The notes beneath the pieces were generated by a model, which ran no database searches, was not told the origin of the DNA, and saw nothing but the letters and a program-made list of their open reading frames with translations. From assembly GCF_963921235.1 (NCBI RefSeq), contig NC_086101.1, positions 6,388,001 through 6,452,000 on the forward strand: 64,000 nt of DNA, in the 5' to 3' direction. The stretch comes from Mobula hypostoma. Lineage: Eukaryota. Positions 1 through 13,490 of the stretch are shown piece by piece (the stretch's first letter is position 1; each line of letters starts with the position of its first letter). The position numbers and the translations under genes are program-made.

Positions 1-379
1 CTGAAAACATTTTACCATATCCTGAATAAAGGTATTCCTTTTGCCTTTAGCTCTGGCGGGGAGATGAGGAAAATGGCAGAGAATTCCCTGGAGTATGTCT
101 TACTGGTGCAGAGAGGTAGTCAGGAGCAGTTCAGCATGGCAGATTGTACACAGACAGCCAGTCACTGGCATTCTGAGGTGTCAGGTTTGGAAGCAATGCT
201 CAGGGTTCTGGCTCGTGCTCCAGGGGCTGCGGCTCTTTCCCCCAGAGACCAGAGGTGAGGATCCAGGAGCCAGATAAGATGAGGTTGTGGCCTTTTCCCA
301 AAATTGATCAGGGCAACAAGGGGCCAAGCTGGTAGCCAGTACCAGACACTCCTTCAACTTTCCCATAGGCTGTATTGTC

Positions 380-1255
380 CAGGAGTAATCAATATTGCCA
401 GATCTGGGTCTCTTATCTAATAAAAGATGGACTGGCATTTGAAAGAGTCTGGAGGAGATTCACAAGAATGATTCTGGGAATGAATGGGTTAATGTATGAG
501 AAGCCTTTGAGATAAGAAAAATGAGTGTGGATCTCATTGAAACCGATCAAATACTGAAAGGCCTACACAGAGTGGCTGTGCGGACAGTGTTTCCTGTAGT
601 GGGAGAGTCTAGGACCAGAAAGCACAGCCTCAGAATAGAAGGATGTCTGTTTAGAACAGGGATGAGGGGGGAATTTCTTTCGCCAGTGGGTAGTGAATTT
701 GAGGAATTCATTGCCGCAGGTGGTTGTGGAGGCCAAATCTTTCAATGTACTTAAAACGGAGGTTGATAAGTTCCTGATTAGTCAGGACGTCAAAGTTACG
801 GGGATGTCAATGAGATTGAAGAATGCAGAGGAAATTTACAAGGATGTTACTGGGACTTGAGTTATAGGGAAAGGTAGAATAGATTATACCTGGAGTGTAG
901 GGGAATGAGGGCAGATTTGACAGAGATATACAAAATGATGAGTGGCCTAGATAGGGTAAATGCATACAGACTTTTCCCTCTGAGGGTGAGACTGACTACA
1001 AACAGACATCCTGGGTTAAGGGTGAATGATAAGGTGTTTAAGGGAAACCTGAGGTGGAACTTCTTCCCTTGGAGGGTCGTGCAAGTATGGAACGAGCTGC
1101 CAGTGGAAGTGGGGTTAATTGCTACATTGAAGAGAAGTTTGGATAGGAACATGGATGGGAGGGGAATGGTGGCTACGGTCCAGGTGCAGGTCGATAGCAT
1201 GGATTTAGGTGGGCTGAAGGGCCTGGTTCTGTGCTCTAGTGTTCTATGGTTTTAA
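380..1255 (+). mobile_element. Two adjacent degenerate CR1 LINE 3' fragments
   Basis: DLIE/DLTEIYK and RVVQVWNELP motifs of the CR1 ORF2 C-terminus; gggctgaagggcct 3' hairpin and (GTTCTATG)-like tail. Confidence 0.85.
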
Positions 1256-2149
1256 GAATTAATTCCTGAATGTTTTATGTGTTTTCTTTATCCCTCTGTT
1301 CTGAAGTGCAAGGGAAACACTCTGATCTCATTAGATACTGCAGGAGTAATCTGGATCTGAAATCCCGAGGGATTTCGCATAAGGTGAGCTTCTCATCTCC
1401 GCAGATACCAGAAACTACTAGACAACAAAACGCAGTTTTCAAATCACTACACCGTGTATGACAAACTAGAAACAACAAGCTCGTGTGTTAGCATGATGGA
1501 AATTCTTGATAAAACGCAGAACACTGAAATCACAACCTGGACCATAGCCCTGCTAGTATCATCCATTGCTGACACCACACAAACCATATATTCAGCCCTC
1601 TAACCTGGCATCAGCTGGGGCAAGAATTAAAACGACTCCTTTGCCCCTCTGGTAGAAGAATAACCTTCTACTATTTACTTATTTACACCCGAACAGCGTA
1701 AACTAATGAGGACTCCAGTAAGAGATTATCTCACTTGGAAAGTGGGAGGGCAATCAGTTTAAACTCACTAGGTTAATGCAGCAGTTAAGATGGGGAATGG
1801 GAAAATTGTCAGGATACTGGACTGTCATAATAATTAAAATCCAGTGTAAATTCTGGGTTCTCCATCACAACAAGCTGACAGTGAACTGATTTCATCAAAT
1901 CTAATGTCACAAAGGTAAATCACGACTAAGGTCTCAGCAGATTACTGAATTTGTTACAGATGAGGTAATATTCTGATCGATTAATAGACAGACTCCATGG
2001 GATTAGACAGTCAGCCATTCTCCCAATGTTTTGACCTAAAAGCTAAGCTGAGGAAATATTTTGCAATGAAAACAGAATTCTTTTTCACGCGGGGAAGCTG
2101 TTCGTAATCGGCCGGAATTCCTAGAGCTGGAAGCCAGGACCACCAAAAA

Positions 2150-3345
2150 GACAGTAACCTTGGCGCGGTTTGGAGGCTTGCCCGTCTCGATGATCCGAAG
2201 AGTTATGTTGGCTGGAGTCAGGGCTTTATGTTTTGGCTCTTGGAAGGGTGACCCGTGCCAAACAGGTCAGAGGCTAGTGGCCAGACTAAGAGTGGTCCAC
2301 CGGTCCTCCGAGTCTCGGGGTTCAGCTCGGAGCTGACGACCCTGACTGGTAAAACAAATGTGTTAATGAAAGAGCGATGAGGAATCCCTTTACATCCGAG
2401 TGTGACAGTATTCCTGAGTCTCCACCGGGGACTTGCATGACTGACAGTAGGGCAAGCTACTGGCATGATGAGAGTTGCCCTGAACGCCGTCAAGACCAAG
2501 AGGCCAAGTGACAAGAACAGGAAGGCAAATTACTATCTGAATGCTGTCAAGTTAGGAAAAGGGGAAGTACAACGAGTTCTGGGTGTCCTTGTTCATCAGT
2601 CACTGAAAGGAAGCAGGCAGGCACGGCAGGCAGTGAAGAAAGCTAATGGCATGTTGGCCTTCATAACAAGGGGAGTTGTGTATAAGAGCAAAGAGGTCCT
2701 TCTGCTGTTGTACATGGCCCTGGTGAGACCACACCTGGAGTACTGTGTGCAGTTTTGGTCTCCAAATTTGAGGAAGGACATTCTTGCTATTGAGGGAGTG
2801 CAGCGTAGGTTCACAAGGTTAATTCCCGGGATGGCGGGACTGTCATATGTTGAAAGATTGGAGCGACTGGGCTTGTATACACTGGAATTTAGAAGGATGA
2901 GAGGGGATCTGATTGAAACATATAAGATTATTAAGGGATTGGACATGCTAGAGGCAGGAAACATGTTCCCGATGTTGGGGGAGTCCAGAACCAGAGGCCA
3001 CAGTTTAAGAATAAGGGGTAGACAATTTATAACGGAGTTGAGGAAAAACTTTTTCACACAGAGAGTTGTGGATCTGTGGAATGCTCTGCCTCAGAAGGCA
3101 GTGGAGCCCAATTCTCTGGATTCTTTCAAGAAAGAGTTAGATAGAGCTCTTAAAGATAGCGGAGTCAAAGGTTATGGGGAGAAGGCAGGAACAGGGTACT
3201 GATTGTGGATGATCAGCGATGATCACAGTGAATGGCGGTGCTGGCTCGAAGGGCTGAATGGACTACTCCTGCACCTATTGTCTATTGACAGACAGAGATG
3301 GCGGACCGTCATTGCTGCCCTAAACACCAGTGGCGTAACAGTAAC
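2150..3345 (+). mobile_element. Short non-autonomous RTE-like element split by a CR1 insertion
   Basis: 2150-2513 plus 3290-3345 align by eye with the contiguous copy at 42357-42665 (ggtcacccatg..caaacaggtc..gactaagag..gacagagatgg..attgctgccctaaacaccagtggc). Confidence 0.65.
2514..3285 (+). mobile_element. Young 5'-truncated CR1 LINE (ORF2 C-terminus)
   Basis: LVRPHLEYCVQFWSP and RRMRGDLIETYKI in an open frame; (CTATTGT) tail; possible TSD TGACA at 2509-2513 and 3286-3290. Confidence 0.93.
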
Positions 3346-3795
3346 AGTCAGAAGGAACAACACCTCACATTCCATCTGTCCCACCTAATGGCATGAACAT
3401 CGATCTCTCCAACTTCCAGTAACGTCTCCCCACGGCCGCCTTTCTTTCATTTCTCATTCCAGCAGCTGCGATTACAGACCCTGACAAACACTGAGCGGCT
3501 AACTCTTCCTGGAACACACCTCACTTCGGCCTTGACACAGTTAACCTCCGAGCCCTTATCTGTCCAACCGCTGTCATCTTAACTTGGTGCCACACCACTA
3601 CCTGACCCAGGGTGAAGATGAAGACCCCATGAAATACTTAACAATACAATTTCCCTGCCTCAATAGTATAATTTCAACGGTGAAAGCTAAGCCGTCAAAA
3701 GAACTCCATCTGGTGGAACCCAAAAGGTGAAAATACAGTCAAAAAAGGCAAAGGCTGTACAATACATACTATTTTCAGTGATATCCACTCTAAAC

Positions 3796-3876
3796 CAGGG
3801 ATTCCCAACCCTTTTGATGCCATGGACCCCGACTATTAACCGAAGGGTCTATGGACCTCAGGATAGGGAACCGCTG
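3796..3876. mobile_element. 81-bp hAT-type MITE
   Basis: TIRs CAGGGATTCCC / GGGAACCGCTG; perfect 8-bp TSD CTCTAAAC (3788-3795, 3877-3884). Confidence 0.85.
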
Positions 3877-4254
3877 CTCTAAACAAACATGGGACAAACT
3901 TTCTTGGTAGACTCAAACAATACTTTTCCCTTCTAAAAATAGATGTGATTTTTCAGGACTCGAAAATAATGGCTTAGATTGGGAATAGACCATAAGACGT
4001 AGGAGCAGAATAAGGCCATTCAGCCCATCAAATGAAGTCTCTGGCCTACAAAAGCCACAAGTTTGCCACATTGGAAGGAAGCGGAAACACAGGAGGAAGT
4101 TTCCCAATCCTATCCCTGTCTCAACAGAGATGACTCTCCTTCCTCCAATACCTGGTGCTTGGTATTCCTGAGGTATGTAATAACATTTACTGCCTAAAAT
4201 CGTCCCTGCATTAATACTATTTTTTTACATATAAAAGGCAAAATATCTCAAATA

Positions 4255-4260
4255 TTTAAT
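4255..4260 (-). terminator. Candidate PPT2 polyadenylation signal (ATTAAA)
   Basis: tttaat on + strand, ~900 nt past the stop, at the AT-rich end of a non-repetitive stretch and followed by T-rich sequence on the sense strand. Confidence 0.35.
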
Positions 4261-5158
4261 GCTTACAAACATCCATTCCTTCAAAATTATTATTCTGGAT
4301 ATGATTTTAAAAGCTTCCAATATAGAAAATCTTTTCCTTCCCTTCAAAAGGACAAATTTTCCACCAAAGTTATGAAACACTGTATTACAAAATGGGAGGC
4401 AAACTCAAACCCAACTGGCGCGATACGGGAGTGATGGAGGGAGAACGTGAAGAGGAAGAACGCAGTCGGCCAATGCGGCCCACGGAAACTCGGCTGGCCA
4501 CAGCTCTCTTGAGGGAGGCTAACCGTCCGTGAGGCGACGGAGGTGCGTTTGCAACGAGCCGCTGACAAGAACGACAGAGAAACTCTGGTGATCAGAGGGT
4601 GACTCCAACATCGGTCGGAGGACCCCAAATAGTTTGAGATGTTGGACTGCGAGATCTTCCCGACATTGGAGCAGGGACAAGAATCTCCTGTGTGTGCACC
4701 CAGAGGAGAGAAGGGAATTGCAGAGTTTAGAAATGAGATTAAAATTGTTTGAGATTAATGAAATAATTAAATTTATAATGCTACTGGTGATGCTGTCAAT
4801 TCATCCCCCAGAGTGGGACCTTTGTGCTTGGACCACCAGTGCCCCTCTACTCAGCACCTCACTCTTCCCCACACCTTCCCTCCCCCACCCCTCCATTCCT
4901 CCCGCACATCACAAATCCAGGAGCCATCCTCCTCTTTCACAGAGGTCAGCCCCCAGGCTCCACTGTCTCTATAATTAAGCCGGCAAACCGTAAACAGTCT
5001 CCTTGACTATGGCTCCATCCTCCTAGTCTCGTTTCCCCTCCCTCCTCTATCCGTCCACCTGTGGGAGGGGCTGCGGTGTTGCAGTCGGGTTCGGTCTGCG
5101 AGGCGCTCTGTGAGCGCGGCTCCCAGACCCTCACCTCCCTCCGCGGCACGGGAGGCGC

Positions 5159-5302
5159 TTACGTGAGCCACTTGGCGATGCACTGGTCGAACACAGTCCT
5201 GTTGGAGTGCCAGTCTGTGTGGTGCACGTTGTGGACCTCGAACGTCGCAATGGCCCCCCTCATGTCCAGCGTCTTTAGCCCGAACGTGTCCCTCAGGTAG
5301 AT
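5159..5302 (-). CDS. PPT2: PPT2 coding exon 8 (catalytic His268, stop)
   Basis: ccttccag|IYLRDTFGLKTLDMRGAIATFEVHNVHHTDWHSNRTVFDQCIAKWLT-TAA; 144 nt; the eight exons sum to 864 nt = 287 aa + stop. Confidence 0.96.
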   Translation of the reverse strand: MYLRDTFGLKTLDMRGAIATFEVHNVHHTDWHSNRTVFDQCIAKWLT

Positions 5303-6101
5303 CTGGAAGGGGAGAGAAAGCAGCGTTCAGATTCCGATTTCCTTATCACCCGTACAACTGGCGAAATGTGTCATTTGTATTAACAACCAACGCAACTTAA
5401 CACAGCCAGCAAGTGTCTCCACACAGCTGGGCTGAACAGCACAGAAAACAAGCAGTTACATTTACTTATTTAGAGATACAGGTCACAAAAAGCCACTCCA
5501 CCCACTTATTTAATACGAGTGTAATCACGAGACGACTTACGATAACCAAACAGCTTACTCTATGACTTTGGAACGTGGGAGGAAATTGGAGCATCCGAAG
5601 AAAACTCTTGCAATCACGGGGGGAATGTACAGGCTCCATACAGATGGCGCTGGAGTTGACTTCCGATGCCCTAAGCTGGGATGCCGTGCTAACTGCTACA
5701 TTACTGTGGCACCCCAATACAAGCAACAACAACCAAAGGAGCCCATTTCATCCCTCCCACCCAACAACCCACTCACACACACAGCCAGGCTTCCAACCAC
5801 AGCATAGCCCACTTCCAGGCCCAGGACTCTCAGAGTCGCAGACATCAGGCCTCTAACCTCCGGACAAGCCGGTCTAAGAGGGCACACCCTCACGTCTCAA
5901 CCTCTGGACCAGCTGTGTTCAGGACTTCGAGCCAAGGACTCGGTAATCATGGATTTGACCTTCGGGCCTTGACCCCAGTGTCTGCTCATCATGGGTCTGG
6001 CCCTCGGGCCTTGGATGTTGAACTTTGACGCCGGGGCCTGCCAGTCTTTGTGTGGCTTCTCCAGTCCAGTACCTCAGTCAAACGAATGACCCACTGAGTC
6101 T

Positions 6102-9100
6102 TCACCACTTACCGCAGCGTCTGTCACCACTTACCCCATCGTCTGTCACCACTTACCCCAGCATCTGTCACCACTTACCCCAGCGTCTGTTACCACTTAC
6201 ACCATCGTCTGTCACCACTTACCCCAGCGTCTGTCACCACTTACCGCAGCGTCTGTCACCACTTACACCAGCGTCTGTCACCACTTACCCCATCATCTGT
6301 CACCACTTACCGCAGCGTCTGTCACCACTTACCCCAGCGTCTGTCACCACTTACCGCAGCGTCTGTCACCACTTACACCAGCGTCTGTCACCACTTACCC
6401 CATCGTCTGTCACCACTTACCGCAGCGTCTGTCACCACTTACCCCAGCGTCTGTCACCACTTACCGCAGCGTCTGTCACCACTTACACCAGCGTCTGTCA
6501 CCACTTACCCCATCGTCTGTCACCACTTACACCATCGTCTGTCACCACTTACCCCAGCGTCTGTCACCACTTACCGCAGCGTCTGTCATCACTTACACCA
6601 TCGTCTGTCACCACTTACCCCAGCGTCTGTCACCACTTACCGCAGCGTCTGTCACCACTTACACCAGCGTCTGTCACCACTTACCCCATCGTCTGTCACC
6701 ACTTACCCCAGCGTCTGTCACCACTTACCGCAGCGTCTGTCATCACTTACACCATCGTCTGTCACCACTTACCCCAGCGTCTGTCACCACTTACACCAGC
6801 GTCTGTCACCACTTACCCCATCGTCTGTCACCACTTACCGCAGCGTCTGTCACCACTTACCCCAGCGTCTGTCACCACTTACACCAGCGTCTGTCACCAC
6901 TTACACCATCGTCTGTCACCACTTACCCCAGGGTCTGTCACCACTTACCCCAGCGTCTGTCATCACTTACCCCAGCGTCTGTCACCACTTACCCCAGCGT
7001 CTGTCATCACTTACACCATCGTCTGTCACCACTTACCCCAGCGTCTGTCACCACTTACACCAGCGTCTGTCACCACTTACCCCAGGGTCTGTCACCACTT
7101 ACTCCAGGGTCTGTCACCACTTACACCATCGTCTGTCACCACTTACCCCAGCGTCTGTCACCACTTACACCAGCGTCTGTCACCACTTACCCCAGAGTCT
7201 GTCACCACTTACCCCAGCGTCTGTCACCACTTACCCCAGCGTCTGTCATCACTTACACCATCGTCTGTCACCACTTACCCCAGCGTCTGTCACCACTTAC
7301 ACCAGCGTCTGTCACCACTTACCCCAGGGTCTGTCACCACTTACTCCAGGGTCTGTCACCACTTACACCATCGTCTGTCACCACTTACCCCAGCGTCTGT
7401 CACCACTTACCCCAGCGTCTGTCACCACTTACCGCAGCGTCTGTCATCACTTACACCATCGTCTGTCACCACTTACCCCAGCGTCTGTCACCACTTACAC
7501 CAGCGTCTGTCACCACTTACCCCAGGGTCTGTCACCACTTACTCCAGGGTGTGTCACCACTTACACCATCGTCTGTCACCACTTACCGCAGCGTCTGTCA
7601 CCACTTACCCCAGCGTCTGTCACCACTTACACCATCGTCTGTCATCACTTACCCCAGCGTCTGTCATCACTTACCCCAGCGTCTGTCACCACTTACCCCA
7701 GCGTCTGTCATCACTTACACCATCGTCTGTCACCACTTACCCCAGCGTCTGTCACCACTTACCCCAGCATCTGTCATCACTTACCCCAGCGTCTGTCACC
7801 ACTTACCCCAGCGTCTGTCACCACTTACACCATCGTCTGTCACCACTTACCCCAGCGTCTGTCATCACTTACACCATCGTCTGTCACCACTTACCCCAGC
7901 GTCTGTCATCACTTACACCATCGTCTGTCACCACTTACCCCAGCGTCTGTCACCACTTACACCAGCGTCTGTCACCACTTACCCCAGGGTCTGTCACCAC
8001 TTACTCCAGGGTCTGTCACCACTTACACCATCGTCTGTCACCACTTACCCCAGCGTCTGTCACCACTTACCCCAGCGTCTGTCACCACTTACCGCAGCGT
8101 CTGTCATCACTTACACCATCGTCTGTCACCACTTACCCCAGCGTCTGTCACCACTTACACCAGCGTCTGTCACCACTTACCCCAGGGTCTGTCACCACTT
8201 ACTCCAGGGTGTGTCACCACTTACACCATCGTCTGTCACCACTTACCGCAGCGTCTGTCACCACTTACCCCAGCGTCTGTCACCACTTACACCATCGTCT
8301 GTCATCACTTACCCCAGCGTCTGTCATCACTTACCCCAGCGTCTGTCACCACTTACCCCAGCGTCTGTCATCACTTACACCATCGTCTGTCACCACTTAC
8401 CCCAGCGTCTGTCACCACTTACCCCAGCATCTGTCATCACTTACCCCAGCGTCTGTCACCACTTACCCCAGCGTCTGTCACCACTTACACCATCGTCTGT
8501 CACCACTTACCCCAGCGTCTGTCATCACTTACACCATCGTCTGTCACCACTTACCCCAGCATCTGTCACCACTTACACCAGCGTCTGTCACAACTTACCC
8601 CAGCGTCTGTCACCACTTACCCCAGCGTCTGTCACCACTTACACCATCATCTGTCACCACTTACCCCAGCGTCTGTCACAACTTACCCCAGCGTCTGTCA
8701 TCACTTACCCCAGCGTCTGTCATCACTTACACCATCGCCTGTCACCACTTACCCCAGCGTCTGTCACCACTTACACCAGCGTCTGTCACAACTTACCTCA
8801 GCATCTGTCACCACTTACCCCAGCGTCTGTCACCACTTACACCAGCGTCTGTCACAACTTACACCATCGTCTGTCACCACTTACCCCAGCGTCTGTCATC
8901 ACTTACACCATCGCCTGTCACCACTTACACCATCGTCTGTCACCACTTACCCCAGGGTCTGTCACCACTTACCCCAGTGTCTGTCATCACTTACCCCAGC
9001 GTCTGTCACCACTTACCCCAGCGTCTCTCATCACTTACCCCAGCGTCTGTCACCACTTACCCCAGCGTCTGTCACCACTTACCCCAGCGTCTGTCACCAC

Positions 9101-9712
9101 TTACCCCAGCGTCTGTCATCACTTACACCATCGTCTGTCACCACTTACCCCAGCGTCTGTCACCACTTACACCATCGTCTGTCACCACTTACCCCAGGGT
9201 CTGTCACCACTTACCCCAGCGTCTGTCATCACTTACCCCAGCGTCTGTCACCACTTACCCCAGCATCTGTCACCACTTACACCATCGTCTGTCACCACTT
9301 ACCCCAGCATCTGTCACCACTTACCCCAGCGTCTGTCATCACTTACACCATCGTCTGTCACCACTTACCCCAGCGTCTGTCACCACTTACACCAGCGTCT
9401 GTCACAACTTACCTCAGCGTCTGTCACCACTTACCCCAGCGTCTGTCACCACTTACACCAGCGTCTGTCACAACTTACACCATCATCTGTCACCACTTAC
9501 CCCAGCGTCTGTCATCACTTACACCATCATCTGTCACCACTTACACCAGCGTCTGTCACCACTTACCCCAGCGTCTGTCATTACTTACCCCAGCGTCTGT
9601 CACCACTTACCCCAGCGTCTGTCACCACTTACCCCAGCGTCTGTCATCACTTACCCCAGCGTCTGTCACCACTTACCCCAGCGTCTGTCATCACTTACCC
9701 CAGCGTCTGTCA
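6102..9712. repeat. 22-bp tandem satellite, ~164 copies, in PPT2 intron 7
   Basis: Unit CACCACTTACCCCAGCGTCTGT with point variants; uninterrupted. Confidence 0.98.
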
Positions 9713-10005
9713 GTGGTGATTCCCAGGATACTGATATTTCTTAACTGGTTTATTATTGTTACGCGTGAAAAAAGTCCTGTTTTGTATGACAGCCCCACAG
9801 ATCATTTCATCACATCAGTTCATTGAGGCAACACAAGGGAAAACTGGGACAGCACAGTAGGGGAGCTTTGGCATAAAGCTATTACAACGCCAACAGTCCG
9901 GGTTCAATCCCGCTGCTGTGCATGAGGGGTTGTGTTTTTTCCCTGTGACTGCGTGGGTTTCGTCCTGGTGCTCCCGTTTCCTCCATCATTCCGAAGATGT
10001 AAAGC

Positions 10006-12610
10006 CATAGAAACCATAGAAACTACAGCACAGAAACAGGCCTTTTGGCCCTTCTTGGCTGTGCCAAACCATTTTCTGCCTAGTCCCACTGACCTGCACA
10101 CGGACCATATCCCTCCATACACTTCCCATCCATGTATCTGTCCAATTTATTTTCAAATGTTAAAAAAAACCCGCATTTACCACCTCGTCTGGCAGCTCAT
10201 TCCATACTCCCACCACTCTCTGTGTGAAGAAGCCCCCACTAATGTTCCTTTTAAACTATTCCCCCCACACCCTTAACCCATGTCCTCTGGTTTTTTTCTC
10301 CCCTTGCCTCAGTGGAAAAAGCCTGCTTGCATTCACTCTATCTATACCCATCATAATTTTATATACCTCTATCAAATCTCCCCTCATTCTTCTACGCTCC
10401 AGGGAATAAAGTCCTAACCTATTCAACCTTTCTCTGTAACTGAGTTTCTCAAGTTCCGGCAACATCCTTGTAAACCTTCTCTGCACTCTTTCAACCTTAT
10501 TTATGTCCTTCCTGTAATTTGGTGACCAAAACTGAACACAATACTCCAGATTCGGCCTCACCAATGCCTTATACAACCTCATCATAACATTCCAGCTCTT
10601 ATACTCAATACTTTGATTAATAAAGGCCAATGTACCAAAAGCTCTCTTTACGACCCTATCTACCTGTGACGCTACTTTTAGGGAATTTTGTATCTGTATC
10701 TGTATCTGTATTCTTCTGTTCTACTGCACTCCTCAGTGCCTTACCATTAACCCAGTATGTTTTACCTTGGTTTGTCCTTCCAACGTGCAATACCTCACAC
10801 TTGTCTGTATTAAACTCCATCTGCCATTTTTCAGCCCATATTTCCAGCTGGTCGAAGTCCCTCTGCAAGCTTTGAAAACCTTCCTCACTGTCTACTACAC
10901 CTCCAATCTTTGTATCATCAGCAAATTTGCTGATCCAATTTACCACATTATCATCCAGATCATTGATATAGATGACAAATAACAATGGACCCAGCACTGA
11001 TCCCTGTGGCACACCACTAGTCACAGGCCTCCACTCAGAGAAGCAATTCTCTACTACCACTCTTTGGCTTCTTCCATTGAGCCAATGTCTAATCCAATTT
11101 ACCACCTCTCCATGTATGCTGAGCGACTGAATTTTCCTAACTAACCTCCCATGCGGGACCTTGTCAAAGGCCTTACTGAAGTCCATGTAGACAATATCCA
11201 CTGCCTTCCCTTCATCCACTTTCCTGGTAACCTCCTCAAAAAACTCCAACAGATTGGTCAAACATGACCTACCACGCACAAAGCCATGTTGACTCACCCT
11301 AATAAGTCCCTGTCTATCCAAATGCTTGTAGATTTTGTCTCTTAGTACTCCCTCCAATAACTTACCTAATACCGACGTTAAACTTACTGGCCTATAATTT
11401 CCCGGATTACTTTTCGATCCTTTCTTAAACAACGGAACAACATGAGCCACTCTCCAATCCTCCGGCACCTCACCTGTAGACAGCGACATTTTAAATATTT
11501 CTGCCAGGACCCCTGCAATTTCAACACTAGTCTCCTTCAAGGTCCGAGGGAACACCCTGGCAGGTCCCGGGGATTTATCCACTTTAATTTTCCTCAAGAC
11601 AGCAAGGACCTCCTCCTTTTCGATCTGTACAGTTTCCATGATCTCACTACTTGTTTCCCTTAATTCCATAGACTTCATGCCAGTTTCCTTAGTAAATACA
11701 GACATAAAAAATCTATTTAAGATCTCTCCCATTTCCTTTGGTTCCGCACATAGCCGACCACTTTGATCTTCAAGAGGACCAATTTTATCCCTTACAATCC
11801 TTTTGCTCTTAATATACCTGTAAAAACTCTTTGGATTATCCTTCACTTTGACTGCCAAGGCAACCTCATGTCTCCTTTTAGCCCTCCTGATTACTTTCTT
11901 AAGTATTTTCTTGCACTTCTTATACTCCTCAAGCACCTGATTTACTCCCTGTTTCCTATACATGTCATACAACTCCCTCTTCTTCTTTATCAGAGTTGCA
12001 ATATCCCTTGAGAACCAAGGTTCCTTATTCCTATTCAATTTGCCTTTAATCCTGACAGGAACATACAAACTCTGCACTCTCAAAATTTCCCCTTTGAAGG
12101 CTTCCCACCTACCAATCACATCCTTGCCAGAGAACAACCTGTCCCAATCCACGCTTTTTAGATCCTTTCTCATTTCTTCAAATTTGGCCTTCTTCCAGTT
12201 CAGAACCTCAACCCAGGACCAGATCTATCCTTGTCCATGATCAAATTGAAACTAATGGTGTTATGATCACTGGAACCAAAGTGCTCCCCTACACAGACTT
12301 CCGTCACTTGTCCTAACTCGTTTCCTAACAGGAGATCCAATATTGCATCCCCTCTATTTGGTCCCTCTATATATTGATTTAGAAAACTTTTCTGAACACA
12401 TTTTACAAACTCTAAACCATCTAGACCCCTAACAGTATGGGAGTCCCAATCAATGTACGGAAAATTAAAATCCCCTACCACCACAATTTTATGTTTCCTG
12501 TTGCCTGCTATCTCTCTGCAGATTTGCTCTTCCAATTCTCGTTGACTATTGGGTGGTCTGTAATACAATCCCACTAATGTGGCCATACCTTTCCTGTTTC
12601 TCAGCTCCAG
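10006..12610 (-). mobile_element. CR1 LINE ORF2 (endonuclease C-part + RT + 3' end), frameshifted
   Basis: [38 protein letters not shown] motifs; (CATAGAAAC) tail at 10006. Confidence 0.95.
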
Positions 12611-13069
12611 GTACTTGTGAAAATGTTAATTAGTTACATCGGGTGGAACTGGGTGGAATGGGTTTGCTGGGCTGGAATTGTATGCTGTCGTGCGGAGAAT
12701 GAGAGACAGAGAGAGGGAGGGAGATTGAGAAGGAGAGAGAGAGAGAGCGTGTGAGACCGAGGGAGCGTTGCACAGCCCAGCAAACCACCTATCTAACACT
12801 AGTCTAGTCACAGGACAGTTTACAATGGCCAATTCACCTATTAACCGGTACATCTTTGGAAACCAAAGCACCCAGAGGAACCTCGCACGTACATGGGAAG
12901 GAGTATAGTCAAGTAATTATGAGCATCAGTAGTCAGATAGTCTTGTTTCACTGGTCTGGGTTAAAGCTGCCCCTGTTGGTGGGCACTGGTACTTTATGAA
13001 ATACATTTTCACATTCAGTTCTGGAAGAACTTGGAAACTTCAGAGAGAACGAAATATTTACCTGGATTA

Positions 13070-13490
13070 GAGAACATGTCTTATGAGGATAGGTAGTGCA
13101 AGGTAGGGCAAAGGAGCAAAGGAGGATGAGAGGTGACTTAATAGAGGTGCTCAAGGTGATAAGAGGTGTAGAGGGAGTAGATAGCCAGACTTTTTTTTTC
13201 CCCAGGGAGGGAATAGGTAATACCAAGGGGAATAATTTTAAGGTGGTTATTGGAGAGTACAGCGGGGACGTCGGAGGTAAGGTCTTTACAAAGTGCGTGG
13301 AACATGCTGCTAGGGGTGGTATTGAGGCAGATGTATTAGGGGCATTAATGAAACTCCTAGATAGGCACACGGATGATAGAAAAGATGGAGGACTATGCAG
13401 GAGGAAAAGGCTCGAACGATCTTCGAGTGCGGTAAAAATGGTCGGCACAACCTACACCGTGTGCCGAAGTGCCTGTACTGTTCTGTGGTC
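13070..13490 (+). mobile_element. CR1 3' fragment
   Basis: RRMRGDLIEVLKVIRG motif and CR1-type 3' end. Confidence 0.8.

Noticed and set aside
4400..4700. CpG-containing stretch with CCAAT as a separate promoter or gene
   Set aside because: No supported exon or ORF; more simply explained as PPT2 3' UTR
6102..9712. CRISPR-like array (also considered for 23797-24720, 29011-29495 and 60220-60630)
   Set aside because: Head-to-tail repeats with no unique spacers, no cas genes and a vertebrate context
6025..9744. 1239-aa and 722-aa ORFs that look mucin-like
   Set aside because: The 22-bp unit has no + strand stop and cycles through all frames; there is no ATG start and it is antisense within a PPT2 intron
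10256..12586. Active autonomous CR1 (also 24910-27369 and 37530-41317)
   Set aside because: All are 5'-truncated and carry stops, frameshifts or deletions
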